Assembly (NCBI RefSeq): GCF_009914755.1
Contig: NC_060929.1
Direction: 5' to 3' (one strand)
Origin: the human T2T-CHM13v2.0 reference genome, Homo sapiens
Length of the DNA: 64,000 nt
Shown: piece after piece, positions 20,267 to 37,300 of the stretch
Numbering within the stretch: the first letter of the stretch is position 1
Layout: every line of letters starts with the position of its first letter
The notes under the pieces: generated by a model
What the model saw: only the letters and a program-made list of their open reading frames with translations
Told to the model about the DNA's origin: nothing
Databases searched by the model: none
Made by a program: the position numbers and the translations under genes

Positions 20267-22076
20267 TATATTATAATTTAAGAGAGGATTCAACTCTTTC
20301 ATTCTACTGGCAATGGGTTAACATAAACTTTAGTCAGAACTGCTGAGCTTTTCTGGCACAATGAGGACAAATTGACCAATGTATTTAACCAATAGCTGGG
20401 GGAAAATTTTGCTAAAATTGGTAAGTATATCTTTATATAACTATATCCTTACAACTTGTCTCAACCTTCGTCAGATTAATCCTAACAAAACTGTAAAATG
20501 TCTCAGTAAAAATCTAAATGAATTTTTCATAACAAGTGCTGGCAATAGATTTTAAATATGTTCTGATCATTATTTGTCTCTTGTTGGCATGGAGAAAATC
20601 CTTTTTTTTTTTTTCAGCCTGGGGAATCCCAAACTATATCTCTAGTAACAAGGAAACCATTTTACCGGAATTTTTATTAACATGGAAAAGTTCTGTCAAT
20701 TAATCAGACTTCACTGTCCATATCACTTTCAACCTTTTGGGAAGGTAGAAAGATGGAATTCTGAAACTAAAGTTGGTAAAGTTCACAGACATCGTCAAAC
20801 TTGCATGGTCTAAGGTATTTCTTCTTTCTGTGGTTCATGAGTTAGTAACAGCTAAACCAAGTGTCTAGGAATATTAGCTCTGATTCTAGAAATCTACACT
20901 TATTTAACTAAATGCTGTAAGGACTCAGGAAATCCATTCTTTCAACAAAAGTTACTGAAGACTTTCCCCATTAGTATCCTAAACAATGTCTGCAAAATTG
21001 GTTTTCATACCTGGATACCTTGTCTTCTAAGAGACACGGCAGGGAAAGATCATAGGAAAAAAGTCACTATCAGGCACAGCTAACAACTAGCAAACCCATA
21101 GTCTTTAAAAGACTGATCCTTTGATTCCTATCTCTCAAGTAAAGAGGTTTAGGTCATCTTCATATTACAGGAAAGTATCCCTACCAAAAACTTCTAACTA
21201 ATGACTCTTAGGATTCTTCCAAAAGCAAATAGTCTTTGGGAGAAGACAGCTTCCATCAAATGCCTTTGGATCAAGTGAATCACTATATGAGATATCGGTA
21301 TCTGCAAACCAAGATCCACAAAAAAAGATCCATTGTTTGTCATATTTAATCTGTATATCTTGAGTTTTCATTTTCCTAGTTAACTTTATCTTTTTATGCT
21401 TAAGGTTACATTTAATTACTTTACCTATAAAGCTACTATTCCTAATTCCTCTATGCCGTCCTTAGTCACTCTCTAGAAGAGTCCGGAAGCTGGCCGTAAT
21501 TTGTTCACAATTTGGCTAAACATGCAGTTGAATCAGTGCTAAGCTGCACACATTTTCCTTAGGATGCCAATTAGAGTTCTTTTTTTTTAACATCGATTCC
21601 TAAATATGAAACATCTGGGTTTATCAATAATTGGACTCACTATTTATTGTTATTTTATCTGACAAACAGCAGAGTATTAGATAAATAGAAATCTTAAATC
21701 CTAACATGCTGCACCCAGGAAAGAAAGCTTATGCCTACAGCAGAACAGCACTTAGGGATCTTTAATAGAATGCAACTTCTGTCACTAAACCTTTAGAAAG
21801 AAATGTCTTAAAAAGAAGAGAACAAATGGCACATACTTAATTCATTTCTCACATTTACATATCATAAAAAATTCTTATTACATATTCAAGCTCCTATCAC
21901 ATCTACCTCTTCCTCTATGTGATAAGGTCTTCATTTTATATCCCCAAAAGTGATTAATAGCAGAATGGAGCTGAAAGCAATCAATAAACTCAATCAACCT
22001 TAATGACTGCTACTGGATTTGTGGTACCAGAACCTATTGATTATTACAGCAATCTTGACATAAACTAACATACTGA

Positions 22077-23029
22077 TGTGGTAGTCAGAATAATGGCTCT
22101 TCAGAGATGATGCGGTCCTAATCCAGATAATTTATAAATTTGTTAGCTTACCTGGCAGGACAGACTTTGCAAATGCAATTAGAGTTAAGGATTTTGAAAT
22201 GGAGAGACTATCATAGATTTTTAGATGGCCAAATGCAATCATAAGATTCTTTACACGTAGAAGAGGGAGATATAAAAGGAGAATGTGAAGACTTGCTCCT
22301 TCATTTGTAGCTTTGAAGGTCAAGGAAAGGAACTGTTATGAACTGAATATTTGTGTCTCCCTAAAATTAATCTATTGAAGATGATTGGCATTGTTCAAAT
22401 ATTAATAGATTATTTTCAATGATCTATTAATTGGCAGTGTGATAGTATCTGGAGATGGAGCTTTTGGGAGGAACCTAGGTTGAGATAATGTCCTAAGTGT
22501 GGTGTTCTCATGATAATGTTAGTGTTCTTATAAGAAAAGGTGGAGATACTAGACCACCTCCCACCCAACCACCCTTCTCTTTCTCTCTCCGTAAACATGT
22601 ATCCAGGAAAGGCCATGTGAACACAGAGAGAAGGAGGCCATCTACTAACCAGAGAGGGAGTGGGCCCTCACCACGAACCAAATATACCAGCACCTTAATC
22701 TTGGACTTCCCAACTTTCAGAACTCTGAGAAATAAATGTCAGTTGTTTAAGTCACCCGGTCTATGGTATTTTCTTACAGTATTCCAAGCTGCCCAAGACA
22801 GGGAACATGCATCAAAGAATGCAGCTGGATTCTAAAGCCTGGGAAAGGCCAGGTCATGGATTATTCCACAGAGCCTATAGAAGGAATGCAGTCTTCCAAT
22901 GCTTTGATTTTAAATCAGTAAGACCTGTGTTGAACTTCTAACCTGGAATACTGCTAGACAATAAATTTATGTTGTTTTAAACTACTAAGTGTATTGTGAT
23001 TTTTATAACAGCCACAGGAAAATAATACA
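22077..23029 (+). mobile_element. MLT1D-like MaLR solo LTR split by a nested LTR
   Basis: tgtggtagtcagaataatggc... ends gccacaggaaaataataca; interrupted at 22334-22800. Confidence 0.75.
22334..22800 (+). mobile_element. MLT1A/MST-like MaLR solo LTR nested in MLT1D
   Basis: tgttatgaactgaatatttgtgtctcc...gcccaagaca with TG...CA ends, flanked by ggaac / gggaac. Confidence 0.78.
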
Positions 23030-23174
23030 TTTGGCAAATCAGTGCATGTTTCATGATGGTCAATGATATGCCCCAGGGTCCATCTTAGCCATGATTTCTA
23101 TCCCTTCAAAAACCAAAACAAAATAAAAAAGTAAAACAAAAAGACCAATTTTACTATACTACTTGATTTTTAAC

Positions 23175-23372
23175 AATATTTTATATGTATTTAATCCAGT
23201 ATATCCAAAATATTGTCATCTCAGCATAAAACAATATTAAAATTATTCAGTTTTACATTTTTTAAACTAAATCTAGTTTGTATTTTACATATAGCATAAA
23301 TCAATTCAAATCCACCATATTTCAAGTGTTCAATATCTACATGTCACTAGTAATGACTATAGTGGACAGAAT
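23175..23372. mobile_element. MER33/MER3-like hAT-Charlie fragment
   Basis: atatccaaaatattgtcat...atttcaagtgttcaatatctacatgtcactagt...gtggacag. Confidence 0.6.
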
Positions 23373-24319
23373 TGATCCAGATTTCCAGGTGTATTGCTAT
23401 AAAACTAACCATATTTTTATCTTATTAAAACAAAACAAAACTCCTCCATAACTATGTCTATGTTCCTTTTGCTTTTATTAACATTGAACATATTCTTGTT
23501 TTTAATCTAATTTTGTCTGTATTTAGGTCTATTTTTTGGTGGTGTTATTTCTTGTATGCTTGGCATCAACTTTTTTTTCAATTTCTTAGACTATCTAAAC
23601 TATTATGCTCTGAGTTTAGCTCAATTTCAATCAGCTACTCACTTTGAAAGACTCATTTAACTCTCTTAAGCCATTCTCCACAAACATGAAAAATCTTCCT
23701 CTCACTCTTCCCTGCTGAAACACTGCAAAAGTATGTCAAAATGGTGTACTTTCTTGGCACAGGGTTTCAATAAACTTAGTTTTGCTTTAATAACAAATTA
23801 TCTGAATATATTTCAGGGAGTTCCACTGGTAAAAGCATAAAATCATGTTAGTTCAGGTCATCTTTTGTAAAGTTATGACAGTGCCATAGTATCAATTCTT
23901 GTCAAAATTTATGACTTCAAAATCAACTTAATATGCATCAACATAGATATTTTTTAGTTAATTCTAGACTCCAGGTGCTCATTTAAATAATATGGGTACA
24001 TAAGACTGAACAAAACCAGTTGCTATTGAATGTACATTTTAGAGAAATACTTCATACACAGCTCTGTTTTGTTAAATAAGGAACTTGATGACATAATCAA
24101 TATCACGGCAGCATACAACTGTTTGGTTAGTATGTCTCTTTAAACAAGCACATATGCTCATTCATGGAGTGTGTATTTGTATCTGTGTATGGTCTGTGTG
24201 GTGAAGCAGCAAGCAACAGTTGGATGTCTTAATTATCTAACAGGAAAAAACACCTAAATAATCAGAAGAAATTTTGATTTATTTATTAGTTCGACTGAGC
24301 TTTTCTCTTGAATGTAACA

Positions 24320-27069
<2,750 letters not shown>

Positions 27070-27082
27070 TATTATATCCCAT

Positions 27083-27084
<2 letters not shown>

Positions 27085-27125
<41 letters not shown>
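27085..27125. repeat. (CA)~20 microsatellite
   Basis: Read directly from the sequence. Confidence 0.95.
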
Positions 27126-27128
<3 letters not shown>

Positions 27129-27897
27129 TTAATCTGTTTACAGAAATAAAAGGAATAAAATACCGTTTCTATTATACACCAAAACTAGCCATCTTGACAG
27201 ATACTTCACTCTGAAAAATAACGTTTTATAGCTACTTTACAGATTAGTATAATAATTTGGTGTTTCTGTTTCAGAGATTCGATTTCACATTTCAATAAGT
27301 AGGCCGCTCCCTCTGCTAAGCCTGGGAATGTAATTCTTTTGAAAAACTATCTGTGCTGTAAAATTACATGTCATATTGGGAAAAGGACAATCGCAAACAG
27401 TAGTCACACATAAAATCAAGCAACACAGACATCCTTTTCACATACAGTGAAGACCCTTGTCAATTTTGAGATTACACAGGAAAACAGAATGGGGGACAAG
27501 TGTCTCTGACACATAGAAAATCCCGTGAAGAAGAACTCAGCTGACACAATCAAAACATACACAAAACTGAAAGAAACAAGGTGAGTGCTTTTTATATTAG
27601 TTCAGCTGTCAAGAAAGTGTAAAATAAACCTAACATTTTTTTACTAAGTGAGGATTTTCTTTTTTGAAACATCATCATTTATATTTATCCAGTTTGCAAC
27701 TTCATCAGCTGAATCTCAGGATGTGTTCCATGACACTGAAGGACAATTAAATCATATCCATGACAATATATGAGAAGCTGACAGGAGAACATGGTGGCAT
27801 TTGAATTAATGTCTATCATTAGATAGAATTTCTGATCACATAATTTAAGTTGTAGTTTTCCATACAATTTAATCAAGATAAGCACTTATTAGGTGAG

Positions 27898-30278
27898 TGA
27901 TATACTTTGGCTCTGTGTCCCCACACAAATCTCATGTTGAATCGTAATCCCCACGTGTCAGGGGAGGGGTCTGGTAGGAGGTGATTTGATCATGGGGGTG
28001 GATTTCCCATACTGTTCTCGTGACAGTCAGTGAGTTCTCACAAGATCTGATGGTTTAAAAGTGTGTGGAACTTCCCCCCGGCTCTTCTCTCTACTGACAC
28101 CATGTGAAGAAGGCACCTGCTCCCCCTTTACCTTCTGCCATGATTGTTAGTTTCCTGAGGCCTCCCAGTCGTGCTTCCTGTTAAGCTTGCAGAACTGTGA
28201 GTCAATTAAACCTCTTTTCCTCATAAATTACCCAGTAGTTCTTTATAGCAGTTTGAGAAGAGATAGATACAGAAAATTGGTACCAGAGAAGTGGGGCATT
28301 GCTATAAAAATACCTGAAAATATGGAAGTAACTTTGGAACTGGGTAACAGGCAGAGGTAGGAAACAGTTTGGAGGACTCAGAAGAAGACAGGGAGATATG
28401 GGAAAGTTTAAATCTTCCTAGAGACCTGTTGAATGGTTGTGAACAAAATGCTGATAATGATTTGGATAATGAAGTCCAGGCTGAGGGGGTCTCAGATGGA
28501 GATGAGGAACTCATTGAGAACTGAAGAAAAAGTTACTCTTGCTATGCTTTAGCAAAGAGACTGACAGCCTTTTGACCCGGCCCTAGAGATCTGTGTAATG
28601 TTGAACTTCAGAGAGATGATTTAGGGTATCTGGTGAAACAAATTTCTAAGCAACAGACCTTCCAACATGTGGCCTGGCTGCTTCTAAAAGTTTATGCTCA
28701 TGTCCATGAAGAAAGAGATGGCTTGAAACTGAAACGTATATTTAAAAGGAAAGCAGAGCATAAGAGTTTGGAAAATTTGCAGCCTAACCATATAGTAAAA
28801 AAGAAAAACCCACGCTCTTGGGAGAAATTCAAGCAAAAATTTGCATAAGTAAAGAGGAGCCAAATGTTAATGGCAAAGACAACGTGGAATACGTCTCCAG
28901 TACATTTCAGAGACCTTTGAGGCAGCCCCTCCCATTATAAGCCTGGAGGCCTAGGAGGGAGAAATTGTTTAGTGGGATGGGCCCAGGGCCCTGCTGCTCT
29001 GGGCAGCCTCGGGACATGGTGCCCAGTGTTCCAGCTGCTCAGCTCCAACTGTGGCTAAAAGGGTCCAAGGCACTACTCAGGCCATTGCTTCAGAGAATAC
29101 AAGCCTCAAGCTTTGGTGGCTTCCACATGAGGCTGGGCCTGTGGTTGTGCAGAAGGGAAGAGGTGAGGTTTGGGAACCTCCATCTAGATTTCAGAGGATG
29201 TATGGAAATGCCTGGATGTCTAGGCAAAAGTCTGCTGCAGAAGTGGAGCCCTTATGGAGAACCTCTACTAGGGCAGTGCAGAGGGAAAATGTGGGGTTGG
29301 AGCCCCCACACAGATTCCCCACTGGGGCACTCCCTACTGGAGCTTTGAGAAGAGGGTCATAGTGCTTCAGACCCCAGAATGGTAGATCCACTGACAGCTT
29401 GCACAGTGTGCCTGGAAAAGTCACAGGCACTCAATCCTAGCCTGTGAAAGCAGCTGTGGGGGCTGTGCCTTGCAGAGCCACAGAGGCAGAGCTGTCAAAG
29501 CTCATGGGAGCCCAGATATTGCATCAGTATGCTCTGGACGTGAGAGATGAGGTCAAAGAAGATTGTTTCAGAGCCTTAAGATTTAATGACTGCCTTGTCG
29601 GGTTTTGGACTTGCATGGGGCCTGCAGACCCTTTGTTTTGGCTAATTTCTCCCTTATGGAATTGGAGTGTTTACCTGATCCCTGTACCCCCACTGTTGTC
29701 TTGAAATTAACTAACTTGTTTTTGATTTTACAGGCTTATAGGCAGAAGCGATTTGCCTTGTCTCAGATGAAACTTTGGACATGGACTTTTGAGTTAATGC
29801 TGGAATAAGTTAAGACTTTCAGTCTGTGGGGAAGGCATGATTGGTTTTGAAATGTGAGAAGGACATGATACTTGGGAGGGGCCAGAGGAGAAATAATATG
29901 GCTTGGCCCTCTGTCCCCACCCAAATCTCATCTCAAATTGTAATCCCCTCATGTCAAGAGACGGGCCTGGGTGGAGGTGACTGGATCATGGGAGCAGATT
30001 TCCACATGCTATTCTCATGATAGTGAGTGAGTTCCAAGAGATCTGATGGTTTAAAAGTGTGTGGCACTTCCCTCCTTGTGCTCTCTCTCTCCTGGTGCCA
30101 TGTCAAGAAGAACCTTGTTTCCCCTTTGCCTTCCACCATGATTTTCTGAGTTTCCTGAGTCCTCCCATTCATGCTTCCTGTAAAGCCTGAAGAACTATGA
30201 ATCAATTAAATCTCTTTTCTTCATAAATTACTCAGTCTCAAGTCATTCTTTATATCATTGTGAAAACTGACTACTACG
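27898..30278 (+). mobile_element. Full THE1 (THE1D-like) MaLR element: LTR 27898-28271, internal 28272-29893, LTR 29894-30278
   Basis: Two similar LTRs (ttggctctgtgtccccac..aaatctcat / tcaattaaacctctttt..cataaattac). Internal part starts aattggtacca and ends in the polypurine tgggaggggccag. TSD gtgag / gttag. Confidence 0.9.
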
Positions 30279-30721
30279 GTTAGCAATCTTAAAGAATACT
30301 TGTGATTTTGAGAATCAGGCACATATTTTTTTAATAATCGGACTGCTTACAATTGTTTAACTCCTTGCAACTTATAGTTAGTGCCTAAAACTTTGATGAC
30401 TTTCATTACATTTCAATGGCTCTGTTCCCTTATAGCAAACTACCTTTTTTACTGTACTTACTGTAACTACAGTGCATTTATTTTCAGCCCAAATAGTATT
30501 CAGTAATAAGCATTTCTTCCCACATAAGAATAAGTTATATTCCTATTCACTATATTCTAGAATTTCTATTTTCCTTCCACAGTGCCAGCTAAAATTAAAG
30601 TGGAATAATCTATTGGGGCCCTGTGTATTTAATGTTTGTTTTCTTAGTATATTATAAACACTGTGAAGGAAGGAAATCCTTGCCTCTTGTTTATACTTTT
30701 ATCTCCATTATAGAAACACTC

Positions 30722-31230
30722 TGCATTATTTTCTTACTGCTGCTGTAGCCAATTACTACAAAGTTAGTGGTTTAAAATAGCACAAATATAGTGTCAAACA
30801 ATTGTGTTTGTCAGATGTCTGCAATGCATCTTATGAGGCTAAAATCAAAGAGTGAGAACTGTTGTGTTCCTTTCTGAAGGTTTTAGGGGAAAATCAGTTT
30901 CCTTGACTTTTCCAGCCTCCAGAGGCTGTCCTGATTTGTTAGCTTATGGTCTTTCATTTGTTCAAACCAGAAATGCTGTGTCTCTCTGACCATTCTTTTG
31001 AAATCATACCACCTTATGTTTCTAGCCAAGAATGTTTCCCTAGTTTAAACCCATTTGATTACACTGAACTCAAAAGGACACTTTTTCATCTTACCATCCT
31101 TAACATTATAATACTTGCAAAGCCCCTTTTACCAGATAGTTAACATATTCACAGCTTCCAGAAATCAGGACATGCGGTTTTTTTTTTGTTGGTTTGTTTG
31201 TTTTGTAAACCATTATTTTGCTTACTATAC
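30722..31230 (-). mobile_element. MLT1 (D-like) solo LTR
   Basis: gctgctgtagccaattactacaaagttagtggtttaaaatagcac...ttttaggggaaaatcagtttccttgacttttccagcctccagaggctg. Confidence 0.7.
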
Positions 31231-32752
31231 TGTCTTAATTGGAGGAAGCAACTTCTTCGAATAGGTGAATTAATTTCAAATTGATAATGTGATTCTGAAT
31301 GAACATTAAAGAAATCAACTATTACACCGAACATTACTTTATTGAGCTAAACAAATATTAACTGACTATATAAAATTCATTACACATTTGGAGATAGAAT
31401 TTTGTACTCTTTAATAAGACTTTTTACATTTTTTGCAATCCTTTTTCTTATTTAAAAAATCAGTACTGTATTAGTACCCACAATATAAGTTTGTTCTAAG
31501 AATCAAATGAGATAAACATTTCAGACACCTATCATAGTATCAAGTTCATATCGTAAGCCTAAAATACCAGATGACTTTTATTATTTTCAGAATGTAGTCA
31601 AAATCAACATAAAGTTACATTAACACTTGGTTTACTGTATCATAATGCTAGCTTTGTGTCATATCTATCTAGAGAGTACACTGAATAGCTTAAACCAAGT
31701 AGAAGGTGATTTCTTGCTTACATAACAGTTTACCATAAGTAATTTTGGCTAAAGACGCATCTTTCCTGCAAAAAATAATTCAAGTTAACGAAGGATCTAC
31801 TATTACCAAATTGTATCTTCCCAGATTACTTTGTATATATCACCATTCCAGAAGACAAAAGACTACTCATGAAATACAATTTGCACACTTCTTTATATAT
31901 GAAAAATTCACTTTTCTTCCCTCTGTAAACAACTTAAAGTTTTGCCCAGTTACTGCCTACAACTTAGAGTTCAGGATGTTTCATGACGTGCAGTTCTCTC
32001 CCTCAGGCCACTATATGACTTAACGAGGACTAGTGTCCTATAAAGTCAAAAGACAAATTATCTGTAAAATCTAAGTTACCATGGTGAAGCTCCTATCAGA
32101 AGACAAAGAAGTCTGCAGAGCACTGACAAAAATATTTCTGAGCAGTACAAATATTTATTTGATGAAACCATAAACATGTCCTGTGGAAATAACTTTAAGG
32201 TCCATTGTCCCTGTGGCTCATAGATTTACTTTCTGAGGTAATTTACATTTTCTCTTATTCTCCATGCCTCCATCTTAAATTAGAACAATGAGTGTTTTCT
32301 CAGCATGACTAATCAATTGCACTGATTAGTGCAATTTGGGATGCTTGAGGATATTTTAAGCCTTAATTTTTTTTTCTCACAATAGGCTTATTGTACCTTT
32401 GCCAAGTAGTTACGTGGAAACCATTTATTTATTTATTGGATCTAGTTTATAACCAAACATACAGTTCTTTCCTAGGTATAATTCTAAAGTCTGCCTCATT
32501 TCCTTCTTTTTTCTCCTCCCCAACACACATATGCTTCTCTGACTGTAAAGATGACCACTTTAAGGTCATTTGAAATCATAGACTTGAAAGAGAAAACAAC
32601 TTCCCTGATGAGTTCTTTGCTTCAGGGCTGGGTTCCTTGTTTTTTATGAACACAGTAGGATTTAATTTCTGAGCAGCTTTTTCAACCTAATCAGAAAAAC
32701 CTGAGCTTTTCTGTCACTGTATAATTCCACCATTACTAGACTTTTTGTTTAC

Positions 32753-32966
32753 AAGTGGTTTCCAACAAGGAATGACTTTGTTTCCATAGAACACTTGTCA
32801 GTGTCTGGAGACATTTTGAATTATAATGATTAGGTGGTGATGCTACTGGTATGTGGTGGTATAGCCTAAAGATACTATTAATATCCTACAATGCAAAGAA
32901 TAACCTCCCACAGAATGCAGGAATATCAGGCATAAAATGTCAATAATGCTAAGGTTTAGCAACTCA
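32753..32966 (+). mobile_element. MER20 relic
   Basis: tgtctggagacatttt...gatgctactgg...atcctacaatgca...aaaatgtcaataatgctaaggtt. Confidence 0.7.
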
Positions 32967-33729
32967 ACTCTATCCACTTTCTTTCCACTCTAAAGACAGG
33001 ATATTTCTTTTTTCTTTTTTTTTTTTTTTTTTTTTTGCCTGTGTTTATCTATTTCTTGGATTATGGAACAGAACAAACATGAACACATTACCTTTTGCCT
33101 TTCCTCATTTCCCACACTCTTTCCTAGAGGTAATATTAAGCTTCCAATTAATTTTAGATGGTAGTTTCAATAATTTTTTTTCACTGGGTATTACAAGTCT
33201 TCATTTCAACCCTCTGAGTTTGGTTTACTTGTCCATTTAATACTAATTTAGTGGATACGTTTTAGGTGCTGTTATGGCAGACCCAACTCAAGCTGGTGAT
33301 TTCTATATTACTTGGAATCGTGCTAGTTGCTTTGACAACTACACTCAACAACATATAATATCTTAAACAGAACAGAAGTTTCATTCATATAAACTGTTTT
33401 TTTAAGATAGGAAAAGCATTGCTCCTTTATGTCCGCATTCAAGAACATAGGCTACTAAGGTATTTAATCTGCAGTATGTTGCTTCCAAGACTACTGTAGA
33501 ATTGGCCGTTCCAGTCAAGCATACTGAAAAACGTATACAGAAGAGTGCATGTTGGGATTTTGGAGACTAAATTGGATATAAAATATGTTATTTCTACTAA
33601 TTTTCCACTATTTTGACTTTAATCCCATGCCCTAATATAAAGTATATAAGAATGAGAAACATAGTTTATGTATCTATCAAAATAGAACATAAATGTTTGT
33701 GAACATTTGAATCTGTCAGCTTCTCTTGC

Positions 33730-33935
<206 letters not shown>

Positions 33936-34015
33936 TTAATACAGTTAAATTTTTGGATTAAAAAAGTCTGCCACTTTGTGAATATGTTTTATTTAGGCTT
34001 GATTTAGTTAATTTT

Positions 34016-34365
<350 letters not shown>

Positions 34366-37300
34366 CTAATTAAGATTGAGGCAGAAGAAATGGGTCCTTG
34401 GGATTTGAAAATTACTATTCAATTTGGAAGTTTAATTTGCAACATAGATTGTCTGTTATTAAATTACTAGATATAATATCACAAAGGTGGAAAGAAAGGT
34501 TGCTTAGTTAAAGATCTAAGTTACTAGTCATGGTGTCAGATATAGAGAATGATTGAAGGTTATCAGAGTCACACACCAGATGAGTAAATTGTTGTTTTCA
34601 AGGAAGAGGTTACATAAAGGTAAGCGGAGTAATATTTCAGCATTTTTGTTAATTAAAAATTTGTAAAGTTATTTCCATTTCAAGGAAATTACTCTCAGTA
34701 ATTTTACGGGTAAAATGACAAATTCCAAGTTTAATTTTCACATGTAACACCCTCCTTGAGCACTTATTTTTATAAAGCTATTAATCTATTTTGGTCTCAA
34801 TTTACCTTTCTTTAAAGAGATTTTAAAATTTTCTGAAAGAAGTTGACATCTGGAAGTGTAGCTGTTATATTTTTCAATTTTTAATTACATATTTAATTAT
34901 CCTTTAATTACTTAAGGTTATTCTCAAAAGTGAAGAGATAGCTGGGATCACACTGCGTAAGATTTTACTCCTGAATGTAATATTCAAAAATGTTACAAAG
35001 TCTATCAAAGAGGTTTTCATTCTGTGACAATACATGGTCAATTTGACATGGTCAGGAAGCACCACCCCCACTGAGAGATACCAAATTATGGAGTAAACCA
35101 CCGTAATTTAGGCAGATCTTGAGAGAGAAAATGCTGAGTGGATGCAGAGGCAGCAATGAAGCTGAGCTGAAGAGGGAGGAAGCCTGTGCAGGGAACCCAA
35201 ACACTACAGCTAGTTCCCCAGAATGGCTCCTAGGAAAGGGCCTCTGCCTGAGAGAGACCTGTGGCCTAGAACACCTAACACAAGAAACACAGTGATTGCA
35301 GGAGACTCCCCCAGGGCCCAGGAGCACATCTGGTGATGGAGGCATCTCTCCCACCCCCACTATAGAGCACACCTGCAAACAAAAGGAAGTATAAAACAGC
35401 CATGCCACTGGGTATTAGGCTAGCCACTGGCCATCACTCTTAAGCACTATGCATTGGATCACATCCCAAACTACAACATCAAAATTTATCCTGCTACATA
35501 TACACCTGTGAAACCAAACACAAGAATTACTCATACATAAAAATCCTGGACAGAGAAAGCCCTGACCCTTTGAAAGCATCCAGAAACAAAACCAATTGCC
35601 TATACTCAACATACACTACAGTTAAAGGAACACTAACCCTACCAGAAGAGAAAAAATCAGTGCAAGAACTCTGGCAATTCAAAAAGCTAGAGTGTCCTCT
35701 TACCTCAAAATTAGCCCACTAGCTACCAAGCAATGGTTCTTAATCAGTCTAAAATAATTGCAACAGACATAGAATACAGAACCTCGATGGCAGGGAAGCT
35801 CATGAACATTAAGGAGAAAGTTGAAACCCTAGCCAAGTAATCCAGTAAAGCAATCTAAGTAAGTGCTGAAAGATGAAATTGCCATTTTAAACAACAGCCA
35901 CACTGAATTTCTAGAGCAGAAAAAATTCAGTATAAGAATTTTATAATACAGTAAGAAATATTAACAGAAGGTAGGCCAAGCTAAGGAAAGAATCTCAGAG
36001 CTCAAAGACTGGTTCGTTGAATCAACTGAGTCAAAAGAAAATTTTAAAAAAGAATTAAAAAAAGAAAATGAACCAAAGCTTTAAGAAATATGGAATTATA
36101 TAAAGAGACCAAATCTACGACTCATTGTCATTCCTAGAAGAGAAACAAAGAGAAAAGGCAACTTGGAAAATAGATTTGAGAATAGAGTCTATGAAAATTT
36201 TCCTAACCTCGCTAGAGAGAGTGACATGTAAATCCAAAAAATACAGCAAACCCAGCTAGGCACTATAAAAGGTGACTATCCCTAAGGCACACAGTCATCA
36301 TATTCACCAAAGTAAATACAAAAGAAAAAAAAAATCTTAAAGGCAGCTAGAGAGAAAGGTCATGTTTTCATAAAGCAAGAACTCCACTAGGCTAGTAGTA
36401 AATATCTCAGCAAAAACCTTACAAGCCAGAAGAGATTAAGGGCCTATGTCCAACATCATTAATGAAAATAAATTCCAGGCAATAATTTTATATTTCACTA
36501 AACTAAACTTCCTAAGTGAAGAAGAAACAAATTTCTCCTCAGATAAGCAAATACTGAGGGAATCAATTTCAACTTGACCAGCCTTATGAAAGGTCCTTAA
36601 GGGAGTGCTATACATTGAGTAAAAAGAATGACACCTGCTACCACAAAAACCCACTTAAGTACATAGCTCACAGGCACTATAAAGTATCTACACAATCAAG
36701 TCTACCTAAAAACCAGCTACAAACGTGATGATAGGATCAAAATCTCATGTATCAACATTAACCATAAATGTAAATAGGCTAAACACCCCCACTTAAATGA
36801 CATACAATGGCAAACTGGATAAAAATGCAAGGCTCACCATCTGCAGTCTTCAAGAGACTCACCTCATATGTAATGACAGCCACTGGCCCAAAATAAGGGG
36901 ATGGAGAAAATCTGCCATGCAAATGATAACAAAAAAGCAGGAGTAACTATTCTTATATCAGATAAAACAGACTTTAATCAAAATTAAAAAGAACAATTGA
37001 AGAATGAAGAGCATTATGTCATGAGAAAGTATATGATCAAACAAGAATACTTAAGTACCCTAAATATAAATGCACCCAACATGGAGCACCCAGATTCATA
37101 AAACAAGTTCTTTTTGGACTACAAAAAGACAGACGACCACCCAATAACTGTAGGAGACTTCAACACCCCCGCTGGCAGCACTGGATCATCAAAGCAGATA
37201 ACTAAGAAAGAAACTGTGTACTTAAACTTCACCCTTGACCATCTGGACCTAATAAGACATCTACAGAACACTCCACTCAATAACCACAGAATATACATTC

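Noticed and set aside
28633-29808. ORFs in the THE1 internal region as a coding gene
   Set aside because: Fragmented remnants of the MaLR internal sequence with frameshifts and stops.
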